64,000 nt of DNA from a virus: IMG/VR virus record IMGVR_UViG_3300021061_000001; one strand, written 5' to 3'. Positions within the stretch are counted from its first letter, which is position 1; each line of letters begins with the position of its first letter. A model generated the notes under the pieces. It was not told where the DNA came from. It was given only the letters and a program-made list of their open reading frames with translations, and did no database searches. The translations under genes and the position numbers were made by a program. Positions 27,161-35,162 of the stretch are shown piece after piece.

Positions 27161-27339
27161 TCGTAGAACTCCAGATTGATCTTCAGGCGGTCCGCATCGG
27201 CCCGGTAGGCTGGCGTGGCGCGGATCTCCACATAGTTTTCGGACCCGGTGACACCGTGCAGGGCGTCCAGAAGGATCAGGCGGCACGCATTCCAGTTCGG
27301 CGCCTCCAGCGCATACTCGATCATCTCGCGCATCGACAT
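27157..27339 (-). CDS. small protein (60 aa)
   Basis: ATG at 27339. The upstream part of the track ORF is Arg/Gly-rich and unlikely to be coding. Confidence 0.45.
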   Translation of the reverse strand: MSMREMIEYALEAPNWNACRLILLDALHGVTGSENYVEIRATPAYRADADRLKINLEFYE

Positions 27340-27359
27340 GCCGCGCCGCTCGACATTGC

Positions 27360-28025
27360 TCACAGCATCACGCTCACTTTCTTCTTGCCCCGCCCCGCCT
27401 CCAGGAACAGGCAACTCTCCCGCCCCCGCAGCTTTGGCTTCACGCCGGATTCCAACTTCTCCTTCACGGCCTGCAGCGTCTCGGTGTCGCGCCACCGGAG
27501 AGCCCGCTTGATCGCCTCGGGGATCTGGTCGCGGATCGGCTCCTCCACCAGGTCGGCAATCTCCTGGGCCAGTTTGTTCTTGAGCCGCTTCACGCCTTCA
27601 TCCGGTGCGTCCTTGACCATGACTTCGCCCCACGCCTCGAAGCCCATCCATACCAGCATCGGCACACGCTTGTCCGCCTTCATCCGCTCGCGCAGTTCGT
27701 GGTAGAACTCGCGAATCTGGGCTACCGGGGCGGTCAGGAGCGGGCCGAGCAGTTCATCGGCCTTGGCGTCGTGAGCGTCGTACTCGTCCTTGTCGTGCGC
27801 CAGGCACATGCCGACCACGGCCTCGATCCACTTCTCCACCATCTCTTTCACCTGCATGTTGGTTCTCCGTTTCTTGCTTGGGAAACGCATCGCGTAGCGG
27901 ATCAGGGCACCGACATCTCGCATCCTCTGGACCGGCACACTGCGGCCACCCTTCCACCTCATGCGCAGGTCCCAGAGGAATTTGCCGGCTTCCAGGCTGG
28001 CCATCACGGCGGAACGAACGCCCAT
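27360..28025 (-). CDS. hypothetical protein (221 aa)
   Basis: ATG at 28025 overlaps the upstream stop (TGATG). The C-terminal two thirds are helical and charged. Confidence 0.6.
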   Translation of the reverse strand: MGVRSAVMASLEAGKFLWDLRMRWKGGRSVPVQRMRDVGALIRYAMRFPSKKRRTNMQVKEMVEKWIEAVVGMCLAHDKDEYDAHDAKADELLGPLLTAPVAQIREFYHELRERMKADKRVPMLVWMGFEAWGEVMVKDAPDEGVKRLKNKLAQEIADLVEEPIRDQIPEAIKRALRWRDTETLQAVKEKLESGVKPKLRGRESCLFLEAGRGKKKVSVML

Positions 28026-28459
28026 CACTTCTTGACCCTCCTCCAGTCCAGGCCCATCTCCAGGAACGTCCTTTTCGCCAGCTTCGCCGTGCCGTGCGAA
28101 ATCTCCGCCATCTCGGCTACGTAGTGCTCCAGGACCTCGAAGGGCGGGTTCTTCGGCAGGCGCAGGATCAGGTTCACGACCAGCTCGATCTCGCATTGCA
28201 GGCACCGCTCGCGGCGGGCCACGATCTGGCGGAACTCGGCCACGGTCGGCGAGTTTCGCGAGTGAAACCCGTCGTGGCAGGGGCACTCCAGGGGATGGCC
28301 AAGCGAGATCAGGTTAATGCGGATGTCCAATCTGCTGCCGCCCCCATGCCCTTTCGGGCGGATGTGGTGCGGCTGCCTGGCCCGGCACTTGGCCAGGCAA
28401 AACGCGCACGTTCCGGGGCCGCGAAATAGATCAAGGGTTTCCTCGCTCGTGTAGATCAT
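28025..28459 (-). CDS. HNH-fold nuclease-like protein (144 aa)
   Basis: The motif string is CAFC ... HHI.PKGHGGG ... NLISL ... CPCHDGFH. Confidence 0.6.
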   Translation of the reverse strand: MIYTSEETLDLFRGPGTCAFCLAKCRARQPHHIRPKGHGGGSRLDIRINLISLGHPLECPCHDGFHSRNSPTVAEFRQIVARRERCLQCEIELVVNLILRLPKNPPFEVLEHYVAEMAEISHGTAKLAKRTFLEMGLDWRRVKK

Positions 28460-28487
28460 CGCTCGATTCCTTGCGATTAAGGGCCTG

Positions 28488-29036
28488 TCACTCCTCGATC
28501 TCGCCGATCTTGCTCGTCAACTGGCGGATTGTGCTCGGCAACGAAGCCATCTCTTTCTTCAGCGCGTTTGGCAGCAACCGCTCTCGGTAGTTGCGTGTCT
28601 GAAGTTGCTCGTAAACCTTCATGAACTGAGCCCTGACGACGGCGACCGGCTCCTTGCCGTAGCAGAGCGCGTGAATGCCCATGACCTGCATTGCCTCGAC
28701 CACCAGAGGCGGCAGGTCTTTGCAGCCGCGCTCGATCGAGCCGTCAACCTCCGGGTCGATCTTGCCGATGCCTCGCCACGCGATCGCCCACGCTTCCGCC
28801 GGTGTCGGTTCCTTGTCCGATCGCATCACTTCGGCGGCAGCTTCTCTCAACTCGCTGACCGTCGGGAACGTCGCCCACTTGTGCTCCAGCACCACTTTTT
28901 TCGCCGCAAGCCTCAGCGCCTCGATCGGTATGTCGCCGAGCAGGTCCATGTAGACCTCGGCCAAGTCGGCCGATGGCGGTTTGCCGATCGCGGCGCCGAT
29001 GTAAGCCAGCACTTGAGCCAATTCCAGCCTGGTCAT
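28488..29036 (-). CDS. helicase-loader-like protein (G39P-type N-terminus), 182 aa
   Basis: The N-terminus (E.a.vLayI.aa....p...l.evy.dlL.D....al..A.kk......FPtv.El) resembles the replicative helicase loader family. It sits downstream of the replication-organiser-like gene. Confidence 0.5.
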   Translation of the reverse strand: MTRLELAQVLAYIGAAIGKPPSADLAEVYMDLLGDIPIEALRLAAKKVVLEHKWATFPTVSELREAAAEVMRSDKEPTPAEAWAIAWRGIGKIDPEVDGSIERGCKDLPPLVVEAMQVMGIHALCYGKEPVAVVRAQFMKVYEQLQTRNYRERLLPNALKKEMASLPSTIRQLTSKIGEIEE

Positions 29037-29881
29037 CTCGCTTCCCCTCGCGCAACGAACTCTTCCAGGCCAGCAAAGAGTTTTCCGTTGCTGTTGCGAT
29101 CGTCGTACTTGCCCTCGATGAGTTGCGCCACGGTGTCGCTACGCAGAAACCAGTCGATGTCAGCCCGCCACCCTCGACTGCCGCCGCCTTGGCAAAACGA
29201 ACTCGCGGCAACTTTCGCCAGCGCCGCCTCGACATTTCCCAGCCAGCCGCTTTGCTTGATCCGAAGGCGGTACTCTTTCCGCCGTTTGTCCGTCACGACC
29301 TGGCAGTGCGAGACGTTGGGGATTTCGTTCCATCGAGCGATCAGCGTTTCGATGGTTGGCGCCGCCGCCGCCGGTGTTGTCTCCTGCTCTTGTTCCTGCT
29401 CTTGCTCCTGCTCTTGTTCCTGTTCTTGGCTTCGGACACCCTTTGAAGGGGCTTCGAGGACCCTCATGGGAGGCAGGTGATAACGGTCCCCGTATCTGGC
29501 GTAAAACGCCTTATAGAATGGGGACTTATGGTAAGGTTCCAGCGCCCGCACGATGCCCTTAACCCGGTTGTCCTTTGGTTGGAGCGATTCCCCGATCTGG
29601 TAGCGCGCCATTTCGGGTATCCAAACGACCTCTGAAGCCCTGTCGTACTCCGCGAAATCCGCTTCGCGGACCCTTTGAAGGGCCTTCCAAGCGGCTTCGC
29701 GGCCCAGCCCGAGGTCATGAGCGATCATGGGCAGCGGCAGGTAATAAAGGCCGATCATGTTGGCGAGCCGGCAGGTGAGGAGGTAAATCGCCACGAGCTG
29801 GGTCTGTGGTCCAGCCCTGCGAAGTTTGAGGCCGGTTTCGCCCGTCCAGAATGACGGGGCGACTTTGCAATACTCTCTCAT
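29033..29881 (-). CDS. replication organiser/initiator-like protein (282 aa)
   Basis: ATG at 29881. Two domains are joined by an (EQ)n linker. The gene is coupled to the loader-like gene. Confidence 0.6.
   Translation of the reverse strand: MREYCKVAPSFWTGETGLKLRRAGPQTQLVAIYLLTCRLANMIGLYYLPLPMIAHDLGLGREAAWKALQRVREADFAEYDRASEVVWIPEMARYQIGESLQPKDNRVKGIVRALEPYHKSPFYKAFYARYGDRYHLPPMRVLEAPSKGVRSQEQEQEQEQEQEQEQETTPAAAAPTIETLIARWNEIPNVSHCQVVTDKRRKEYRLRIKQSGWLGNVEAALAKVAASSFCQGGGSRGWRADIDWFLRSDTVAQLIEGKYDDRNSNGKLFAGLEEFVARGEAR
29383..29430. repeat. 12-bp x4 tandem repeat in the linker of the replication-organiser-like gene
   Basis: The units are CCTGCTCTTGTT / CCTGCTCTTGCT / CCTGCTCTTGTT / CCTGTTCTTGGC. 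Confidence 0.85.
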
Positions 29882-29930
29882 GGTCCATCCACCGCAGCCT
29901 GCGGTCCCTCTCGTTGGGCGAAAAGGGTTC

Positions 29931-30155
29931 CTACGTGCGATCCTTGAGCAGTCCGCGCTTGAGCAGTTCCCAGGCGCAGACCATGGTGTTGAGCTGGCCG
30001 AAGCGGGCGTAGCATTCGGCATCGGTGGGCATCCTGCCCTGCACCCGCCGAGCCTCCCGGATGAACTCCAGGAGGATCTCGGGGGTGCAGCGGGCGAAGC
30101 TCCCCGTGTCCGCGGGGGTGTCGCTCTTGGCCGCGTTGGGGTCGAATAGCCTCAT
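29931..30155 (-). CDS. small protein (74 aa), possibly DNA-binding
   Basis: Coupled to the upstream gene (ATGA) and helical in composition. Confidence 0.55.
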   Translation of the reverse strand: MRLFDPNAAKSDTPADTGSFARCTPEILLEFIREARRVQGRMPTDAECYARFGQLNTMVCAWELLKRGLLKDRT

Positions 30156-30409
30156 TCCTCGTCGTCCTCGTCGGCCCAGCTATCGTCCGGGTCGGGGTCG
30201 CCGTCTGGCTCGTCCTTCTTCTTGCGAACCTTGATCTTTTCCTCGCCTGGTACACGCTCCACGACCTGGCCGTCGAACTCGTCGCGCACGTCCACATACG
30301 CCTCGGCCGCCCGCTCGATCGCGTCGATCTTGGGCGGTTCCATTTCGGGGAAATGGCCCTGCCTCGCTTTCGGCTCCTTGGGCGGTCTGGGGGTCTTGGT
30401 CTTTGCCAT
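30152..30409 (-). CDS. small protein with basic N-terminus and acidic tail (85 aa)
   Basis: ATG at 30409 has an AAGGAGA RBS. It ends DSWADEDDEE. Confidence 0.6.
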   Translation of the reverse strand: MAKTKTPRPPKEPKARQGHFPEMEPPKIDAIERAAEAYVDVRDEFDGQVVERVPGEEKIKVRKKKDEPDGDPDPDDSWADEDDEE

Positions 30410-30422
30410 CCTGTTTCTCCTT

Positions 30423-30465
30423 GGGGAAAAGCCTGCCGGGCCGGTTCCGCAACCACCCGGCAGGC
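30423..30465 (-). terminator. hairpin plus short U-tract (candidate attenuator or terminator inside the operon)
   Basis: A 10-bp stem (GCCTGCCGGG / CCCGGCAGGC) is followed on the minus strand by TTTTCCCC. A second 9-bp hairpin lies at 30476-30502. Confidence 0.35.
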
Positions 30466-30581
30466 CGCTCATCCCCTGTTCCGGCTCTCGAAACCGGAAC
30501 AGGTTCACGGCCAGCTACGCCGCCGCCGTGCCCCGCCATTTGGGGTGATCGGAACGAGGGACCTGGCGGGGCCGGCACCGG

Positions 30582-30779
30582 CTACGCCGCCGGGCCGTTT
30601 TTCGTGGGTTCGGACTCCTCGGCGAAGATCGGCTGCCCCTGGCCGTCCTCGGCGCAAACGCAGCGCAGACCGAGCGCCCGGCCGGCGTGCTTGAGCAACT
30701 GTCTGATGCGGTGAGCCACCGGCGGGTCCTTGTCGTCGGCGGCGACGAACGTGAGTCGGAAGCGATCCGTGCCCTTCAT
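30582..30779 (-). CDS. small protein (65 aa)
   Basis: Coupled to the upstream gene, with balanced composition. Confidence 0.5.
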   Translation of the reverse strand: MKGTDRFRLTFVAADDKDPPVAHRIRQLLKHAGRALGLRCVCAEDGQGQPIFAEESEPTKNGPAA

Positions 30780-31069
30780 ATGCGATCCATCTCCTCGATG
30801 AGATCCCGGAACAAGCCGATGGCCAGGTAACGGGCATCGGCGACCGTGATGTCTGCCGTGTCGTGGCGGTTGCCGAGGACGCGACCGTAGTGCGCCTTCA
30901 GCTTTTTCATCAGGCGATCAAGCTGCTCGTCGATCGCGGCTATGGCTACCTGATCCACTGTCTCGCACGGGTTGCAGAGAAAGGTGGTCATGACGACGGC
31001 CCCTTTCATCGCGTCAAGCATGTGCGCCCACTGCCCATAGAGCAGGAAGGGGTTGGGTTGCTCGCTCAT
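30776..31069 (-). CDS. small protein (97 aa)
   Basis: ATG at 31069 overlaps the upstream stop (ATGA). Confidence 0.6.
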   Translation of the reverse strand: MSEQPNPFLLYGQWAHMLDAMKGAVVMTTFLCNPCETVDQVAIAAIDEQLDRLMKKLKAHYGRVLGNRHDTADITVADARYLAIGLFRDLIEEMDRI

Positions 31070-31758
31070 GCCCCCGCCTTCTTCCTGCCGCGCCTGCGGC
31101 TCGTGCCGTTCTCCGGCGGCTCCTGGCTTGGCAGAGGGTCGGCGTCGGGGTTCTCGGGGTACTGGTCGCCGTTCTGGAACTTTTCCGAGACGGGGGGCAG
31201 TTCCTCCTCCTCGTCCGGGAATTGCTCCTCGCCGCCGAAGCTCTCTTCCTGTGGCTGCGAGAGCTGAGCGATCCAGGCCCTGACCGCCGCCGTGTCGCGG
31301 GCCGGGTTGTACGCCTGGAAGCCCTGCTCGCGCCACCGCTCGATAAATTGTTCCCTGGTCACGCCGAAGCGGCCCAGTTCGGTCAGGGCGCGGTTGAGGT
31401 CCCAGAACTCGACGCCTGGCACCCCTGGCGCACCGCCCACGCGCGGCGCTCGCACCCGCACGCCGCCCACCAATTTGCCGCCGAAGTTGACGTTGGGCTC
31501 CCAATACAGTTCGATCGGCTTGCCGGACCAGAAATCGCTCTCGTCGCCGTACAGGCTTTCGACGATCGACCAGTTCGTGTTGTTGACGATGAGCGGCTTG
31601 AGCCCCGGGGGGCTCATGAAGCTCATCACCGGCTTGTCCTCCTCGCCGTGGTCGGACTTGATCCGCCCCATCTGCACGGAACGGATCGTGGCCACGACCG
31701 GCGTCGATACGTCCTCCTTCGACAGATAGGTGCTGGGGAATGCCTGCGACTTCTTCAT
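31066..31758 (-). CDS. putative ssDNA-binding-like protein (230 aa)
   Basis: The N-terminal domain carries LIVNNTNW..VESLYGD....W.GKPIELY. There is an acidic segment (EEQFPDEEEE). Its neighbours are recombination genes. Confidence 0.5.
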   Translation of the reverse strand: MKKSQAFPSTYLSKEDVSTPVVATIRSVQMGRIKSDHGEEDKPVMSFMSPPGLKPLIVNNTNWSIVESLYGDESDFWSGKPIELYWEPNVNFGGKLVGGVRVRAPRVGGAPGVPGVEFWDLNRALTELGRFGVTREQFIERWREQGFQAYNPARDTAAVRAWIAQLSQPQEESFGGEEQFPDEEEELPPVSEKFQNGDQYPENPDADPLPSQEPPENGTSRRRGRKKAGA

Positions 31759-31775
31759 GTCATGCCTCCGAAAAC

Positions 31776-32129
31776 TTAGTTGAGTGTGAATCCGCCTTCG
31801 CTGTTGATCCTCGCTATGCGCTGGTCGATCTCCTCTTGCATGGCCTTCTTCTTCTGCTCCTCCGCCTTGATGTGAGCCAGCACTTCGTCACGGGTCATCG
31901 GGGCCAGTGTGTCGCCAACGATCAGCGCGAAGGGCCGCTCGCCGGCCTCGCAAATCTCGTGGATGCCTTCGCACTCCGGCAGATAGCCTCTCTCGTCGCC
32001 ATGGCACACCGCCGCGGCCACGAACTCGCGTGCCAGACCGAACTTGCGCGATCGGCCAGTAACGAAAGCGACCCACGTTTTTGCCCCCGGCTGGTTCTTG
32101 AGCCAGAGACACACGCCGTCGTAGCGCAT
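31776..32129 (-). CDS. hypothetical protein (117 aa)
   Basis: Compact ORF with balanced composition. Confidence 0.6.
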   Translation of the reverse strand: MRYDGVCLWLKNQPGAKTWVAFVTGRSRKFGLAREFVAAAVCHGDERGYLPECEGIHEICEAGERPFALIVGDTLAPMTRDEVLAHIKAEEQKKKAMQEEIDQRIARINSEGGFTLN

Positions 32130-32131
32130 CG

Positions 32132-32368
32132 CTAGCTCCGCACCGCCACCGTGGTTGGTTGCTCGGCAAGCACTTCGTCATGAGTTGCCAGTAGCGAGAT
32201 GTTCGGCGGCTCGATGTCCGGGTGCGATAGTTCGCCCATCGTGCCGTCTGACTGATCGAACATCCACTTACGCCATCGTTCGATCGCACGCTGCATCGAT
32301 GTGGCCACAATGAATAGTGGCCCCGTTTCTTCGTCGCTCACCAAATACAGATTGTTCTTGTCTTTCAT
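32132..32368 (-). CDS. hypothetical protein (78 aa)
   Basis: Compact ORF coupled to its neighbours. Confidence 0.6.
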   Translation of the reverse strand: MKDKNNLYLVSDEETGPLFIVATSMQRAIERWRKWMFDQSDGTMGELSHPDIEPPNISLLATHDEVLAEQPTTVAVRS

Positions 32369-33021
32369 CGCACCGCCACCGTTTGCGCCTCGTAGAACTC
32401 CACGCCGGCCACCTTCGCGTCCGGCCCCAGTGCCTGCGCCAGCTTGGACAGCTTCTGCTCGTCCACCATCAGGAACTCGCGCGGCACCTGGGCCGCGTCG
32501 GTTACTCGGAAGGTCCAGCGCCGCCGGGTCACGACCCCGGCCGGCTTGGGAGGCGGAGCCGACGGCAGGACCACCGGCGCCACCACCTGGGCGGCCTGGG
32601 CCAGACGCTGCTCGCGCAATTCCGGCGTCTTGAGCTTGGCGGCCTGCTTCGCGAGCCGCTCCCGCTCCTTCCTGGCACGCTCGTCCGCCTCGGCCTGCAA
32701 CCTGCGGGCCTCCTCCTGCCGCTTACGATCCTCTTCGCGCTGGTAGGTGAGCATGGCGGCTTTTACTAGCCGCTCTGCTTCGTCGAGGGGGCCAAGCAGC
32801 CCCTTCTCGGTCTGGCAGATTTCCTTGTGGGCCTCCGCCGCCCGTTTTTTCATGGGGGCGAAGAAGTCGGCGATCCGGCGGCCGAGCGATTTGACCGCCC
32901 GTAGCCGGTCGCTGACCGCCTGCATCTGGTCCGGTGACGTGATCGTGACCGCCTTGGCCCACGCCAGGACAGAGGACGATTCGGTAGCCATCTCGGCCGG
33001 GATCTCTACGAGGTCTGGCAT
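32365..33021 (-). CDS. coiled-coil phage protein (218 aa)
   Basis: ATG at 33021. It has a central charged coiled coil and a C-terminal W.FRV.D...VPREFL..D motif seen in phage recombination modules. Confidence 0.65.
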   Translation of the reverse strand: MPDLVEIPAEMATESSSVLAWAKAVTITSPDQMQAVSDRLRAVKSLGRRIADFFAPMKKRAAEAHKEICQTEKGLLGPLDEAERLVKAAMLTYQREEDRKRQEEARRLQAEADERARKERERLAKQAAKLKTPELREQRLAQAAQVVAPVVLPSAPPPKPAGVVTRRRWTFRVTDAAQVPREFLMVDEQKLSKLAQALGPDAKVAGVEFYEAQTVAVR

Positions 33022-33614
33022 CACGCGCTCCTCATGTACTGCTGTTGGAAGTTCCACACTGTCAGCGCCGCCAAAAACTGCTGCTCGGCCAGCCGTAGCT
33101 CGTAGGGCGACAGCCAGAGTGTGCGGTAGCTGCCGTCCTCGCGCAGCTCCACTGCGGCCGCCCTGGCCGGCTTGCCGTGGCCGTTCTCGCACGCGAGGAG
33201 CGAGTACGCGCCGAGCTGCAATCGCACGCGCGGCTCGATCGTCGATTTGAGGTCCACCACCACCAGCCCGACCCCCGGCACGCTCCCCAGCCTGTCGAGC
33301 GTGCCCGCGAAGCGATATGTCCGGGACGCCAAGGGCTGTTCGGCCAGGACCGGCACCAGCCCGGCCGCCGACCGGAACTCTTGCCAGGCCCGCACACGCC
33401 CAAGCACCGTTGCCGGCACGGCTGTCCAGTCCAAAAAGTTCTCGTCAAATTGCTGGCACAGTTCATGGACCAGCGTGCCGCGCTCCAGGTGGTGCGGCTC
33501 GGCCTGGAACTGCCCGGGCAGGACCGCGCGGACGACTTGCGTCACGCTGGGCAGGATCTGTCCATCGAGGGTGTAGGTGTGCCGGGATGAGTCGAATTGC
33601 AGGTCCATTCTCAA
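33021..33614 (-). CDS. PD-(D/E)XK (Cas4/RecB-like) nuclease
   Basis: The motifs H.Y.LDG..LPSVT.V, GT.VH, VVDLKS and QLGAY appear in the canonical order. Confidence 0.7.
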   Translation of the reverse strand: MRMDLQFDSSRHTYTLDGQILPSVTQVVRAVLPGQFQAEPHHLERGTLVHELCQQFDENFLDWTAVPATVLGRVRAWQEFRSAAGLVPVLAEQPLASRTYRFAGTLDRLGSVPGVGLVVVDLKSTIEPRVRLQLGAYSLLACENGHGKPARAAAVELREDGSYRTLWLSPYELRLAEQQFLAALTVWNFQQQYMRSA

Positions 33615-34015
33615 TTCTCTTCGCCGTTGCCGTCGCCGTTGCCGTCGCCGTAGCCGTTGCCGTCGCCGTAGCCGTTGCCGTTGCCGTCGCCGTTGCCGTC
33701 GCCGTAGCCGTTGCCGTCGCCGTAGCCGTTGCCGTTGCCGTCGCCGTTGCCGTTGCCGTTGCCGTCGCCGTAGCCGTTGCCGTAGCCGTAGCCGTAGCCG
33801 TAGCCGTAGCCGTCGCCGTCGCCGTTGCCGTTGCCGTAGCCTTTGCCGTTGCCGTAGCCGCCTACGGCGGCGGCCTGGATGTACTCGTTGTCTGAGTAGT
33901 CAGAGGCGTTCCCGGCAATGACGCCGTGCTCCTCAACCCACTTCTTCACGCCGTCGATACAGGCGCCAGCGTCCAAGACGTCAGCGACGGTGACTCGCTC
34001 CTTGTACTCGAACAT
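33611..34015 (-). CDS. protein with a small N-terminal domain and a long Gly-(Asn/Asp/Tyr) dipeptide repeat (134 aa)
   Basis: A 55-aa N-terminus (GACIDGVKKWVEEHG) is followed by about 75 aa of GNGDGYG-type repeats, encoded by GCCGTT/GCCGTC/GCCGTA hexamers. Confidence 0.65.
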   Translation of the reverse strand: MFEYKERVTVADVLDAGACIDGVKKWVEEHGVIAGNASDYSDNEYIQAAAVGGYGNGKGYGNGNGDGDGYGYGYGYGYGNGYGDGNGNGNGDGNGNGYGDGNGYGDGNGDGNGNGYGDGNGYGDGNGDGNGEEN

Positions 34016-34291
34016 TTACTTCGCCTCCTCCCACGCCTTGGCTGCTTCGGGAGTGACCTCGAAAACGGCCGTCACTTTCCGCACGTCGATGTCGGCGCGA
34101 GCGGAAATCTTGCTGGTGGAGGTCGGGCCGGTTTCCGCAAGCTGCATGACGCCTCGCTGTGTGCCGAAGTAGATAGCCATGCGAGCACGCTTGAGGTGGA
34201 CGCGATCACCGTTCGTATCCTCGGCGTACCCGAAGAACACTCCGCGATGCTCGGTGCAGACGATGACAGGTCGCTCAGATTTCTTGGCCAT
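34016..34291 (-). CDS. conserved small phage protein (91 aa)
   Basis: ATG at 34291. It contains VIVCTEHRGVFFGY ... ARMAIYFG. Confidence 0.65.
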   Translation of the reverse strand: MAKKSERPVIVCTEHRGVFFGYAEDTNGDRVHLKRARMAIYFGTQRGVMQLAETGPTSTSKISARADIDVRKVTAVFEVTPEAAKAWEEAK

Positions 34292-34320
34292 CGAAATTCT
34301 CCTTGTGTGGTTTTCGTCGT

Positions 34321-34680
34321 TCAGCTTCCGACCGCGAAGGGGTCTTGTGCGCCAGTGAAGGCGGCCTGTACGTCGGCCAGATCGTCCTTGCCTCTCTGCT
34401 TCTCCAGGGCACCGCTCAGCGCCGCCGCCAGGGTCGGCCCGGTCGCGATCCGCCCATCGGCATAGACCCGCCAAACGACCTCGTTCCTGTCCTTGTGCAG
34501 CGCCAGGTCGAACGAGATCGAGGCGTAAGTGTCCTCACCAAAGGCCAGCTTGAGTTTCTGCGCCGCCTCCAGGAGATCCACTGGCCCCTGAATCGGCAGG
34601 CCGATCATGCCCGCGATTCCGTCCAGCTTGTCAGCCATGCCTCTGAGAGTCTCGGCCGCCTCGCGTATGTCCTGACGCAT
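34321..34680 (-). CDS. hypothetical protein (119 aa)
   Basis: ATG at 34680 has GGAGG 8 nt upstream. Confidence 0.6.
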   Translation of the reverse strand: MRQDIREAAETLRGMADKLDGIAGMIGLPIQGPVDLLEAAQKLKLAFGEDTYASISFDLALHKDRNEVVWRVYADGRIATGPTLAAALSGALEKQRGKDDLADVQAAFTGAQDPFAVGS

Positions 34681-34900
34681 TCCCCTGCCTCCAAATCGTG
34701 TAAAGAAAAGCCCGCCGCCGTATGATGAAGCCGGCGGCGGGCGCGACCCCGACAACGGAGCCGTCCAGGTCCGTCACCGACTCGACCAGGAAGCCCTCGG
34801 GGTAGTCCGGCTCGTGCGGCATGTTCCGCTCCGCTCGCTCGTAACGCCCCTCGACCACCACCACCAAACCGCTCTCCAGCGTGTGCTCGAACCCAATCAC
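34631..34900 (-). CDS. hypothetical protein (89 aa), first gene of the minus-strand block below the integrase
   Basis: GTG at 34900 has GAGGGA 6 nt upstream. It overlaps the next gene by 50 nt. Confidence 0.5.
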   Translation of the reverse strand: MIGFEHTLESGLVVVVEGRYERAERNMPHEPDYPEGFLVESVTDLDGSVVGVAPAAGFIIRRRAFLYTIWRQGNASGHTRGGRDSQRHG

Positions 34901-35084
34901 GACACGTCCCTCGCAAAAACAAACGGGGTCAGGAACTAGGGATTAAGCAGCAGTTATGGCCAGCGCCCAAGAATGAGCCGGCTATTTCGCGAGTCAGAAA
35001 CTCCCTGACATCCGAGAAGGGGTTATTTTCTTTTTGAACAAGTGTTCCGCTTTCTTTGCCGGGCCTTCGTGGTAGGATTGGTAT

Positions 35085-35118
35085 CTCTCGTGCGCACGCT
35101 GGGGCATGCGCACGAGAG
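35085..35118. promoter_or_regulatory. 12-bp perfect inverted repeat in the divergent region upstream of int
   Basis: CTCTCGTGCGCA - N10 - TGCGCACGAGAG lies 45 nt before the int start. Confidence 0.5.
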
Positions 35119-35162
35119 TGAAAGCCTCCTTGCCGCGTAGCGCGACATAGGGAGGCCCGTCC

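Noticed and set aside
33620-33870. A possible CRISPR-like or other repeat array, based on the periodic GCCGTN hexamers. The same question applies to the short tandem repeats at 26163, 29383 and 44047.
   Set aside because: The units are 6-12 bp with no unique spacers. All lie in frame inside ORFs or in a low-complexity tract. No cas genes are present.
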